This document shows positions 11,815-23,029 of a DNA stretch of 34,521 nucleotides, in pieces. The notes beneath the pieces are model-generated. The model made no database searches. It was not told the DNA's origin and saw nothing but the letters and a program-made list of their open reading frames with translations. Location of the stretch: positions 1 to 34,521 of the forward strand of contig JAUCBJ010007392.1 of NCBI GenBank assembly GCA_032718475.1. Reading direction: 5' to 3'. Position 1 is the stretch's first letter. Each line of letters opens with the position of its first letter. A program made the position numbers and the translations under genes. Origin of the DNA: Nemertoderma westbladi (Eukaryota > Animalia > Xenacoelomorpha).

Positions 11815-13358
11815 ACTCTATGATTTGTTGTATGAAAGGTATAGGAGAGGACTTACAACATAAAAGCTGTAGCACCACAATTTGTTATGCAATTTATATG
11901 TCTAATGTATGTATATTTGTATATATTAGTGACCATTTTGGTCGGAGCTTTGTGCTATATTATAACCAATATATCTTATGCAAATTGCCCTGATCCATGT
12001 CTGGTGGATCAGGGTGGTTTTTTAAAACCATGAAAATGGCCCATGTTGCCCCAACAAAGGTTATTTGATCCCTTGATCTAACATATATGAGCAATTAACT
12101 TGAATATACCATATAATTATACTAGTGGCCCAAGTTTCCCCATCACGTGGCAACTTGGGCCAGTGGAGTTTTTTTAAAAAAATCAGCTTATCCTTCAATT
12201 ATCTGAAGGATAAGCTGATATGACATGAAAATATGGTATCTGATTGTTCTAAAATTGATGAATTATCATGGAGTAGTATATGAGAAACTTAAAAGGTCGA
12301 AACAGTAAGTGGCGAAGTGGTGTCAAGTAACCCCATTTTACGGTATTTACCAAAATGCGATTTTGCTTCTGGGCGTGCGAAAATTAGAAAAACCAAAAGT
12401 TGCCAGATTTGGCAATAAACATTGCCATATGTGGCAACTTTTGAGGTTGCCAGATTTGGCCATTGTACCTAACTGATTGGTAACCTTTCTCTCTTACCTT
12501 CGGTATATCAAGAATATTGGGTTGCGGGGTTATTTATCGTTATTCCAAATATAATAATTCATCAACCATATTATGAAGAACTGACAGTAAATAGCAGTAT
12601 AAAACAACAACTGAACAGTTAGGTATATCGGTACCGGTACATCAGTACCGGTATGTCAGCATTGAGATATTTACAGAGATATTCAAGTTAAAGGATATAT
12701 GCCCTTTATAATTAAACCTACTAGTGTACGACTAAAAGGCAGTACAGCACAAAATACCCTAATGAAAAGTTTTACATGTACGCCGAGCACGTTCGGCGCA
12801 GCACTAGAACTTGCGCCGGGAGCTGGTGCAGAAATGTGCTACGCCGGGCAGTGAGCCGGAAGGGTCGGCGCAGAGATGTGCTACGCCGGCGTAGCCGGCG
12901 GAGCACTGGCAATGGAAGAGATGCTGCGCTCGGCGCAGCATGCGTCGAAATATTCCCGGCGTCGACGCTGCAGAAATTGACCTGGCGCCGGAGCAGGAAT
13001 CAGCCCAGCACACCCGGCGTACATATTTGCCTGGCGCAGTAATCAGCCGAACCTAGCACCAGTCAGACAGTGAGACTGAGACAGCAGACATGCCTTCATC
13101 AGACCAACAGCACAGCAACACAATAATAAAACAACTGGTAAACAATGTTTACAATGAAAACATATTTATGTGTGCGATTTTAATAATTGGATTAAATTTG
13201 ACCGCAATTTGTAACTATGCCAATTTCTAATTATTTTATATTTTTCATATCATTAGTTCTATCTGAGTTCAACTCTTTTTAGCGACCTACACTTTTATTT
13301 TAACATGTAATAATATTTTAGCGTATTTTAATTTCGTTTTTAATCTTATTTTAATATG

Positions 13359-13474
13359 GTGCCATAGTATAAGTCGTTTTGTTTTATTCTCTGTTCAACT
13401 TTCTCCTGTTTTATTTTATTATGTGCAGTTTTATTTGTACGCTTCTATGACAGCGGTGTCTCCACCCAAATAAT

Positions 13475-13505
<31 letters not shown>

Positions 13506-13850
13506 TGCAGGAGGCAGAAAAGAAACTCACACTGCAGCACTGGCTGACTGCAAACTGGTCATTTATTTACGTATTTAACCTTATGCTGTTATGCAGTAGG
13601 CAGGTAGGCTATCACAGTTCCAGCTATCAGCTGATCAGTCATTATTGCTATTGGTCAGTCAATTTTTTTTATTTACATAATACAGTAATATTGCTGTATT
13701 GTATAAGCTATATGTATATTATATTATATTATTTGGATGGAGACACCGCTGTCATAGAAGCGTATAAATAAAACTGCACATATAATAAAACAGGCAGACA
13801 GAATGAAGTTGAACAGTGAATAAAACAAAACGACTTATACTATATGGCAC
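13359..13850. repeat. ~125-bp inverted repeat pair with ~240-bp spacer (foldback/MITE-like), including (TAA)n microsatellite
   Basis: 13359-13483 is the reverse complement of ~13721-13850 (shared core CTTCTATGACAGCGGTGTCTCCA). Confidence 0.8.
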
Positions 13851-13894
13851 TATTGATAATGAAACAATTTATTACCGACACACATGTGTAACCA

Positions 13895-15500
13895 TTGGAA
13901 ATTGCAGTTCAATGACTCCATGTGCAAGGTCATGCATGCATCTAGGTTCTAGAAATCCCCAAGCAACTTTTTACACAATGAATGGATGGACACTTTTATC
14001 GGCAACCGAGGAACGTGATTTTGGAATTACATTTACACCAGACTTGTCCTTCACAGCATCACAGCTCACTGCACAAAGACTCCAGCCCGCGCCATGCGAG
14101 TCGTACATTTAATACGAAGAACTTTTACATATTTGGAAGCTCCGATGTTTACCCTATGACCCTGTTATACAAATCCCTTGTTCGGCCTCTCCTTGAATAC
14201 GACACAGTTGTTTGTTCGCCATTCCTCCGACATGATAAATATTGAACGTCTTGAACAAGTACAACACCGTGTGGTCACTCGCCTTGTACAGTTGTACTAT
14301 CGCTGGCTGAGTTGTCATATGAAAACCGACAACGTGCACTCAAACTACCGACATTAATATATTGCCGTGTACTAGCCGACCTTATAACAACATACAAGTT
14401 TATCAACGGGATTGACAAAATTGAGCGAAGTAATTTCTTCCAGTTTCGTTCCTAACTCCACCAATGCTAACTAGGGCTCGATCGGAGCTCCGGCCTCCGG
14501 CTCCGGCTCCGGCCATTTTGGCACCTCCGGCTCCTGCTCCGGCTCCGGTAAAAATATTGCCGGAGTTAATTTTTTAATAAAGTATTATATTTCGTGCATA
14601 TTCTAATCTGAACAATTATTTAACACTATAAGTATACTGTAGTACAGCTTCAATATCAAGTATAATCTGATAATACTGCAGTATTTACTTAAAGTCAATG
14701 ACTGACTGACTGTACTGCAGTACTGGTACTGGCCAGCTGGCTGACTAGCAGACTAGCCTATTACAGATAGGCCCTAACTTTAAAAAATTGTAAATGCTAT
14801 GATTGTACACTGTCAGACTGTACCACTGCAGCCATTTACTGCTGTCATGCCAGCATACTGTACTGCAGTACTGGTACACGTACGGCGGTAGGCTACCTAC
14901 AGTACAAGCAGACAAGTACACACCTCTCTGCCTCTACCACAGTTAGACAGTTAGCGAGGTAGGTACTGTAGGTAATTTTTAGCCGTCAGCGTCAGGCCGT
15001 CGCCGTCAGCATCAGGCCGTCGCCGTCAGCGTCAGGCCGTCTGTCCATGATAAATTAATTAGGCCTAGGCCTACTTAAATTTTAAATTGAAAATTCGTAA
15101 ATCTATAAATTATGAAATTAATTAGACCTACAGTATGATTGATTATGAGCGATTGGCGAACGATAACCATACTTTATTTTTTTTTAAATAAATAATTAAA
15201 TTTTTAAAATTTTAATTAATTTTAAAATTAAAAAAAAAAAAAAAAATTTTATTTTTGAAAAACTCCGGCTCCTGCTCCGGCTCCGGCCAAATTGTCCAAC
15301 TCCGGCTCCTGCTCCGGCTCCGGCCAAATCCCAACTCCGATCGAGCCCTAATGCTAACACGCAACAACTTTGCAGACAGCGTTGTAAACATTTGGAATCC
15401 TTTACCATTACCGGAAAGTGTTGTTAATGCAAGTAATACCCTTGGTACTCCATGATTGAGCATATTCAAAAATAGACTAGACTGCGAAATGTCCCTTAAA
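13895..15500 (+). pseudogene. 5'-truncated CR1/L2-group LINE, C-terminal end of ORF2, frameshifted and split by a MITE
   Basis: LQFNDSMCKVMH, LGSRNP..YTMNG..L....EERDFGI, LYKSLVRPLLEY, LEQVQHR, DLITTYKFING, VVNIWNPLP, FKNRLD motifs. Confidence 0.88.
14472..15350. mobile_element. hAT-type MITE inserted in the CR1 fragment
   Basis: TIR TAGGGCTCGATCGGAG; 8-bp TSD ATGCTAAC (14464-14471, 15351-15358); CTCCGG subterminal arrays; internal 3x20-bp repeat at ~14982-15041. Confidence 0.93.
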
Positions 15501-16719
15501 ATGAATATATAGTGATACTCCTGTGCGCCAAGTGGCAGTAGCGAAAGCGATATCTTTCGGATACAACGATATCTTTATTAAAATCTAGCTACAGTACCTA
15601 TTGTTTTCATTTTTCAATCCCAAAAAAACATTTTTTTGTGTTAAATTTTAAAATAGTTTTTTTTTATGTTTAATTGTTTTCCTATCTTTTGTAGTTACTT
15701 TACTTTGCTCGTTTTATTTCAGCAGTAATATTTTACTTATGCGACATACGGTACTACCTACGGTACCAAATTTATGTTCCGTATAACTACGTATTGTTGT
15801 GTTGTATCCTATAGAGTATTGTAAAATTGTCCCTTATTAATATGTTTGCTTTTAGTACTGTATGTTATTGAAGCCCTTGCACCTACTGTAAGTATGCTTT
15901 GCCGGTTTTTAATTTAATTTTACTGTAATTTCATTTTTGTTTTAATAATTAATATGCACCAACTGTGAGTACTGTAAATAAACTATAATTGTAATTATTT
16001 TACTAATTTTACCTGAATACCATTATCCGTATTTTTATTTAGTACATACGCTTATTAGCGTACTTTGCAGATATGTGTTCATTTTATTTTAATCTACTAT
16101 ACGTGTACGTACGTACATGTGCAAAAATTTATATTTTATTGTTATTCTGGCGATATTAATAACATAACATAACATACAGCTAGTCATTATTCATTCAGAC
16201 ATACCGTATCTGTAGCATAGACGCATACTGGACCACAGTACGTAGTATGTAGTAAAGTAGAACGTAGCAGTACATAAATACAAGGACTAGGCCTACTGAA
16301 GTAGTCTTTAATATTCTTTCTATAATTCATATTGTAACATTTGAGTAATTTCAAAAAATGTACACTTTACTTGACAACAAAAATTTACATGCAGTGTTTC
16401 TTAAGTAGTTGTTTCGTAATGTCTGAATGTTACACTTTTGGAATAAAACAACGTACCTACTGTACTTGTTGCATTTGTTTTTAAGGTTTTCCGTCTCTGT
16501 ATCCTTATTTCCATTTCACCCACCCACAACTTTCGTTCGTTTAAGTAACAACTCGGATTAGTGCAGCTGCAGTATTATAGATAACCGAATAAACTATAGG
16601 CAGATAGGTACTGTACAGTATAACAGGCAGATTTTATGTTTTATACCAGTCAGCCCGGTGCAGCTTTGAAGAGCCGTGGAAGATTTTTCACCCCTGCACC
16701 CGGCGCAGCATTTTGCATT

Positions 16720-16853
16720 GCACAGAGCCGGCGCAGGATTTTTTGCACTCGGCGTGGTTTTGCTCAGAACCGGCGCAGGATTTTTTGCACCCGGCGTGGT
16801 TTTGCTCAGAGCCGGCGCAGGATTTTAGGCACCCGGCGCCGCGTTCGGCGCAG
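16720..16853. repeat. ~42-bp subterminal tandem repeat (about 3 units)
   Basis: CAGA(G/A)CCGGCGCAGGATTTTTTGCAC(T/C)CGGCGTGGTTTTGCT repeated. Confidence 0.85.
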
Positions 16854-18066
16854 AAAATAAAACTTTTCAATAGGGACAAAATACTTCCAAGCCGTTCTTT
16901 CTTTGGCTCAAGACTGAATGTAAACACTGCACATAGGCATTGCGTCATTTCTCGGAAATTTTCTGTACAAGGAGCCACAAAAACGCTCTCATTGGCTGAC
17001 TGAACTGAGAGACGCCGTAGAACAAAGGAAATCAACACGTATGAATGTCAGCTGTTAACCGTAGTCATAGTAACTACTGTTCAAGAGTAGCTATCACCCT
17101 TTTGCGTCACGAATTGCCATAGAATCATAAAATATGCCTTTCACAGTACACATACGGAGGAAATAGGTCTTAGATCCTCTAAAAACACCGATACAGCAAT
17201 AATACGGTCTCTTACACTTATTAAATCAACTACAGAGTATTTTAATGTAAAAGATAATAAAAATAACGGGGCAATTCAGCAAAGGCTTTTACACTTGGCT
17301 GTGGTATATTATTAGCCTCAAGGGCAATGCTGTGCTAGCTACCCAAGACTCCGGCTGTCTGGTGTACAGTAGGTACCTTCCTGCCTTCCTACAAGAGAAC
17401 ATGGCCTCAGGGCTAAATACATGAAATAGAAGAGCACCAACTGCCAACTTCCAGCCAGTGCTGCAGTGCTTGTTGTTAGGCAATTAACTCTCAGATACAT
17501 GTCACTCATATCCCAGTAGCAAAGTCGGGCATGCTTTGATGTCCTGAGATCTCAAAGAAAACCAGATTTGGTTACAATTTAGATTAAGTGTGAAACCAGA
17601 TTTGGTTTCATGAGGAAAGCAAATCTCGCTCAGAATACCCAACTGCAGTACCACCATACTGTTACATGACACCATCTGTCCATATGCGCGCCACACGACC
17701 CTGTTGCTCTGCGACAGGATCCTTAATGCGCGCCACACATGTTGACGTTTGAGCAAACTCTACATAAATTCCAAACTGGTCCACTGCTGCACTAGTGCAC
17801 TGTCTGATACCGGCAGACCGGTAGTCAGATAATGCAGTAGTGGCATGCTGACTAATGTAGTAATGACTGATTTCGTGATATCACAAAGATGAAAAGCATT
17901 AGGGCCTATGGACTAAAAACCAAATTGCGTAATTAAATTACTGAATAGGAAAATAAATCCATTCTAAAATAAATATGTTTTTTTAATGTAAATTTTCAGA
18001 TTATAGGGGTCCTACTAAAAACCGCAACTAACTGCAATTTACCGCAACTAATTGTCATTTTTAAGC

Positions 18067-18141
18067 AGCCTCATGGTCTCTAGTGGTGAAAACCTTAGGC
18101 TTCCACATAGGAGGCCCTGGTTCGATCCCTTGACCAGGCTA
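18067..18141 (+). pseudogene. tRNA-derived sequence (tRNA pseudogene or SINE head; TCC in anticodon position)
   Basis: A-box-like TGGTCTCTAGTGG, B-box GGTTCGATCC, AGCCT...AGGCT acceptor pairing; several stems mismatched. Confidence 0.65.
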
Positions 18142-18554
18142 CGCTGTTTTTGCAGTGTTTTAAAAACGACAAAATTTATAATTTAATGCTGTAATGTGAT
18201 CAATATAAAACCAATATATGTTAACATTAGCTGATTAGACTGTTAGAGGGTCCTATGAATTAGAAAGGCCTACCCCAAAATAGTAACAAAATACCACAAA
18301 AGGCTAAACTATTACCGGTAGGCCTACGCCTACCCCAAAATAAGCCAACAATCTGACAATGTTTAGAAACGGCGACGGAAAGGGAGCAGGTTACAGTGGC
18401 AAGTTTTTCTAACCAAAACAATAAACGTGAGTGAAAAAATAAACGTGAGTGAAAAACAACTATTTCGGGGTATTTTGGTTTGGGGTAATTAATTCGTAGG
18501 ACTTTTTTAATACACAGCACTGCTGCACTGACAGAAAACAGTTCTACACGGTCA

Positions 18555-18966
18555 CCCTAGTAGCACATAACGTTCACACACAGCTTTTGGACGTTGAGAA
18601 CATGTCCACTCCATAAACGTCACACATACTGTACCAAAATTTCAACGTTCTAAATTAGTCTCCATATAATAACGCCTAAATGGTGTTGGTGTTTCAACTG
18701 AAAAGTAACGTTCATTAATGGTATCAGTTAAGTTTCCGTTAATGTTCTTGGACGTTTGCATGGCGTCCCAAGCATTAACCAGTTCAATTTGAGTTCAGAA
18801 ACTGAAAAATAACGATTTGTAAATGGCAAGTTATATTTCCGTTATCTATTGTGAACGTTTCAACTGTATGTTTTTCATATCCGTAGTTCAATAGCGGTTC
18901 AACACTAAACATTTTCCGTTCAAAATAAGAATTATCTGAACGACAAATTTTTTCCCACGCTATGGG
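18555..18966. mobile_element. Possible degenerate CMC/EnSpm-like MITE
   Basis: CCC...GGG ends with repeated AACGTT/GACGTT motifs; TIR and TSD poorly preserved. Confidence 0.3.
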
Positions 18967-19542
18967 AACCAGTTTCTGTGATGAGTCATCCAATTACAGG
19001 CAATACTGGAACTGCCCAAGTACTGAATGATGTAAAACAGTGGTATATTGGTTCATACAGAACTCAGGAGCAAAGTATACAGTACAGTAGTACTGTATAA
19101 CGGTGTGTAATACAACATACTGTGTAAAGGCTTTTGCGGAATTAGCTGGTTATTTTCCCCGCAAAGTACTCTGTAGGTGTTTTAACGGACATAAAAAGCC
19201 GTTTCCTTACTGTACCGGTGTTTTAGTGGACATAAAAAGCCATTTCTTCTGTATGTGTACTTTAGCGGACATAACTAGCAATTTTATGTCGCAATACGCC
19301 AAAATCCTCTTGATTATTGATAGTAACAATGTGTTGGCAAGCTGTATTTTTCGAGGTGTTTGTTATTATACATTTATAAAATTTATTTTATAATTATTAA
19401 ATTATATATATTAAATTAAAATTTTTAATTAAAATTATAAAATATATTAAATTCATTTATAAAATCCTCTTGATACAGTGTAGTTCCGATGACGACATCT
19501 ATCAGCTGATATGTACACCTGTAACTTTTCCCTTGTTCTTTG

Positions 19543-19610
19543 TTCGGTCGACCAATCAGAGCGATTTTGATTTTATTTGTACAGAAACCTCCGGGAAATC
19601 GCGCAATACA
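19543..19610 (+). promoter_or_regulatory. Putative LTR promoter element with CCAAT box conserved in both copies
   Basis: GACCAATCAGAGCG at 19550-19563; copy A has AGCCAATGAGAGCG on the minus strand (ATTGG at 16991-16995); ~41-bp GGACATAAAAAGCC repeats upstream (19180-19280). Confidence 0.5.
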
Positions 19611-20108
19611 TTATGGTTTATGTTTACCTTTTTTCCTGATGCCAGAACACCGGCATTGGAATTATTCTGTGTTTCAGACTTTAGCCAAACATTAGTAGGC
19701 TTTGATCATAGAAACGTATAACTGTTATCGCAACATCAATTCAAACCAAAACATCATATTGTCATATTGTTACAAATCATATTGTCACCTACAAACACCG
19801 CATTATTTTACTGTTATTTACTGTCGGTTATTAATTGTATCAGTTGATGAAATATTATTATATTTGGATAATATCGATAAATAATCATAAAACCCCAATC
19901 TTCTTGATATACTGAAGGTAAGAGACCGGTTACATATAGCAATTGCGACTTACATTATATTGGTTTTGGAGTGAATCTAATGCTATTTCATAGGCACTAC
20001 ATGTGTCGGTTGCTGTTCTCTTTATATGTGACTAAAATTAGTGAAGGTTGGCAGATCGGTGTGCAGCATTGTGCGGTAGTGTGCATGATTGTGACAGATA
20101 ACAAAGCA

Positions 20109-21288
20109 CAGGCCCGTATGGTGATCATAATATCTGGGGGGGCAGAGGCCAAATCTGGGGGGGCAAACCAATAACTTGGATTTGGGGAGCATGCAAAAAG
20201 TGAGAGTTAATTTAGTATATAAAGTAAAATCAATATTGTTGAAAGGTGTGTGGGGCGAGCCACGAAGTTGGCGGAGCCATGGCGAATTGACACTGTTAAG
20301 GAGAATGTCAATAATGGCAAATAGTTGTTGACGTAACTATTTTGACATTAAATAACTTTGTCAGATTTAAAGCTGTCGAATTGAAAATTTGTAGGCATAA
20401 ATATGTCCAAAACTTGACATTATTTAGCGACTTTTCACCCCAGACCCAGACTTTTTTTTGAACCTGAAACTTGGCAGAATTGTACTCGACCATTAGCTGT
20501 GTCATTTAAACTTTTTCTGAGGTCTTAACCCTTCGTTTCTCAAACAGATGATTCCTTTGAGGTCAATTTTGACCTCAGGTAAATGAGAGGGTTGGGGTGG
20601 TCCAAAAAAACTTGTTGAATTGTCGAATTTAAACTCAGTTTGCACATCAGATGTCATAAAATGACCCCAAACTTCGATAGGTACCGGAACCAAAATTTTC
20701 ATTTGGGGATGACAGGAAATATTCCCACAGGCAGATGGCCAGTTCCCACCCTTGGCGCAAGTGAGTCATATTCCCCATTTTTGTGATGATCAACTTCTAT
20801 TATTCCTACTGCATTTATATTTATGCTCAATAGAACCGCAATGACAGATTTAGTTGGTGTAGAAACCAAACAAGAATAACAAACACAGAATAATAGTCAA
20901 AACAAGAATAGAGCGAATAGTTTTGCAGATATTGCAGATAATGTGAAGTCCGGCACAAGTCAAAATTAGCGCCTTGATGCGATATTGACAAAAACCTTGA
21001 CAAACACTATTCGCTCTATGCTTGTTTTGAAGGTGTCTACAACAACTAAATCGGTCATTGCGGTTCTAAATGAGCATAATATCAATGCAGTAGGAATACT
21101 AGAAGTTGATCATCACAAAATTGGGGAATATGACTCACTTGCGCCAAGGGCGGGAACTGGCCATGTGCATTTTGGAATATTTCATGTCATCCCCAAATCA
21201 AAATTTTGGTATCTATCTAAGTTTGGGCCCATTTGACATTTGATGACATCTGGTTTGCGAACTGAGTTGGAATATCAATGTGTGATTG
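20109..21288. mobile_element. Composite DNA-transposon-derived insertion in the copy B leader
   Basis: Flanked by ACAAAGCA (20101-20108, 21289-21296); absent from copy A; hAT-like left end CAGGCCCGTA...GGGGGGGCA with no matching right TIR. Confidence 0.7.
20631..21269. repeat. ~280-bp long inverted repeat with short (~70 bp) spacer
   Basis: 20631-20930 is reverse-complementary to ~21000-21269 (e.g. CCCTTGGCGCAAGTGAGTCATATTCCCCA / TGGGGAATATGACTCACTTGCGCCAAGGG). Confidence 0.9.
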
Positions 21289-23029
21289 ACAAAGCATCTC
21301 CTAAAGAATGCGCTTTATACGTGAATCAATAGCCATCCTGTTGTGTTTAGTGTAAGTCATAACTCTGTTTACATACTTAGAGCGCCACGTCCTAAAGGAA
21401 CTGTTAATATTTCCCGAAAGTGAATAATATTGGTCAGAGATTATATATTAATGATCAATCGAATAATACAGTAGGCCTACATCGCAATAAGGTCAGAGCT
21501 TCCGAATCCAGTCTCCCGGGTATATCCAGCGGGTGAATGGTCGCGCATAGGCAGGCTTCGGCTAATGTAGTGTATCAAATACTCGTCATAGGCTAAAGTC
21601 GATTTATAACCTAGAAGACACCTAAATTTGGCAGGTTAAACTGCTAAAGGTCTGAAAGCGCGAACAATAACAGTTATAGCTTCTTTATTGCACGTCTTTA
21701 TAAAGGGCAAAATTACCGGTCGACCGGTAACCAGTAGGCCTGACTACCTAACCACCCGGACCGGTACTTACAGCAGTACAGGTACAGCAGTATTATTCGA
21801 TTTTTGATAATTATATACCGGTAGGTCTTGATATTTAATCAGAGACTGCAGCCCTGGTTTTATATTGGGATTTTACTTATTTCTGTCAGTTTTATTTATT
21901 TGTAAGTTGATATTGAGCAGAAAGCATGTAAGCCTGCTCAGATTGTACAGATAATTTGTAGGCTAGACTGTTGTCTGACTGTTGTTAAGTCTGAAGAGAT
22001 TGCAGTGTGTGTAGAGTGTATGTCCGATAAAGTACTAGTTAGGAAAGTGGGTGGCATCCAGTGCTGTAAGGTAAATCCCCCCGAAAGAATAAGTCGTACT
22101 ACTCGGTTAGAACGCATACTAACTAACCATTTCGGAGTCTGCATATACTGTAATTTGTTTAGGCTTGATAGTAGTCTGCCAGCATTTGGTTTGTATTTTG
22201 TTTGTGTAGTCTGTATGGGTAGCGTAATATTTATTATTCAGAGTTTATGCGATTATTCGCAACATTCACAAACCCCAAGTTTATTCCTACATTAATTGTG
22301 CTTGTTATACATACCGTTATAGTTAAATTAACCTCGGTACTACATCAGGGCTGTTTGGCGTAGGTAAAGACTGGAGATTTTATGCTTTGGTCACTCCGGC
22401 AGATACTGTGGTTCTTTTAGCTGTACAAGTATTTTTAACTGCTGATTATTTGTTGTATAAGTACTTGTACCTAATTTAGGGTTTAGTGTACAGTGCTTTC
22501 CGAAGGTAATTAGTGTGTAGGCAGTATATTTGTGTTGTAAAGTGGTTAATAGGCACGTTGGCTCTGGTAGGCCGCGGTAATTAACTTCTAGGTAGGAACA
22601 CTCCGTTATACATAACATAGTACTTATAGCGATACGGCTATAAGTCGTCAGGCGGTGGTATTTTTCCTATCTGGACAACGCAGTATATTTACTACTGCTT
22701 TGTTATTTTCAAATACCGTAGTATCCTGTCTGTTTGTAATATTTGTTTTAGTGTCCAACAAGTAGCACTTCACTGAGAGCGTACAGCTTCTGTGCAGTGA
22801 CTTCTTCCCAGAAATAATAACATTTATTTCAAATATTGACAAAAACCCATTAAACGGGTATATATATATTATAAATCAACTCAAACCGATTTATAAAATA
22901 GTAGGCCTGTCATACAATAATTAGGTCTTAATATCAGTTGGACTACTGCTTAAATAACGGTAATAAGGTAAAGTAAAGTAACCAAGTAACCCCTAAAATT
23001 CAGAAATTCAATTATTCTAAAATAATTGA

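Larger units (their letters stand above)
9247..12343 (+). mobile_element. Full-length pogo-superfamily (Tc1/mariner-related, DD35D-type) DNA transposon
   Basis: TA TSD (9245-9246, 12344-12345); TIR CCGTAA..TGGGGTTACTTG at both ends; subterminal GGGGCAACTTGGGCCA-like repeats at ~9273, 9651, 12038, 12126 and 12149; single transposase ORF. Confidence 0.93.
4297..12475. mobile_element. DNA transposon with perfect 29-bp TIRs and 5-bp TSD; superfamily unassigned; hosts nested elements
   Basis: TIR CAGTTAGGTACAATGGCCAAATCTGGCAA (4297-4325 and 12447-12475); TSD ATTGG (4292-4296, 12476-12480); internal TTGCCAnnnnTGGCAA palindromes at 7979-8070, 9080-9140 and 12400-12460; flanks rejoin to match copy B at ~19900-19960. 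Confidence 0.92.
12757..16875. mobile_element. Non-autonomous DNA transposon with CCC...GGG termini and 8-bp TSD; superfamily unassigned
   Basis: TIR CCCTA(A/T)TGAAAAGTTTTA...CGCCGA; TSD ACAAAATA (12749-12756, 16876-16883); GC-rich CGGCGCAG subterminal arrays at both ends; empty site in copy B at ~19650-19700. Confidence 0.85.
1..17293 (-). mobile_element. BEL/Pao LTR retrotransposon copy A: 5' LTR/leader and start of gag, interrupted by nested insertions, continues off the left edge
   Basis: After removing 2897-3395, 4297-12475 and 12757-16875, the reverse complement is colinear with 19123-25385, the 5' part of the BEL/Pao on the plus strand. Homology stops at TGTAAAAGCC (minus strand from 17293), an LTR-type TGT start. 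Confidence 0.88.

Noticed and set aside
15196-17038. RS-rich, GA-rich and Cys-repeat small ORFs
   Set aside because: Translations of MITE subterminal repeats.
21431-21445. TGGTCAGAG as primer-binding site
   Set aside because: Copy A lacks the TGG and I recognise no matching tRNA 3' end.
21500-21570. HDV-like ribozyme (TTCGGCTAATG)
   Set aside because: No P3/L3 or nested pseudoknot found; GCTAA not conserved in copy A.
21630-21700. Twister-ribozyme-like words (TAA-ACTGC..GGTC..AAGC)
   Set aside because: P4 and P2 stems and pseudoknot partners cannot be formed in either copy.
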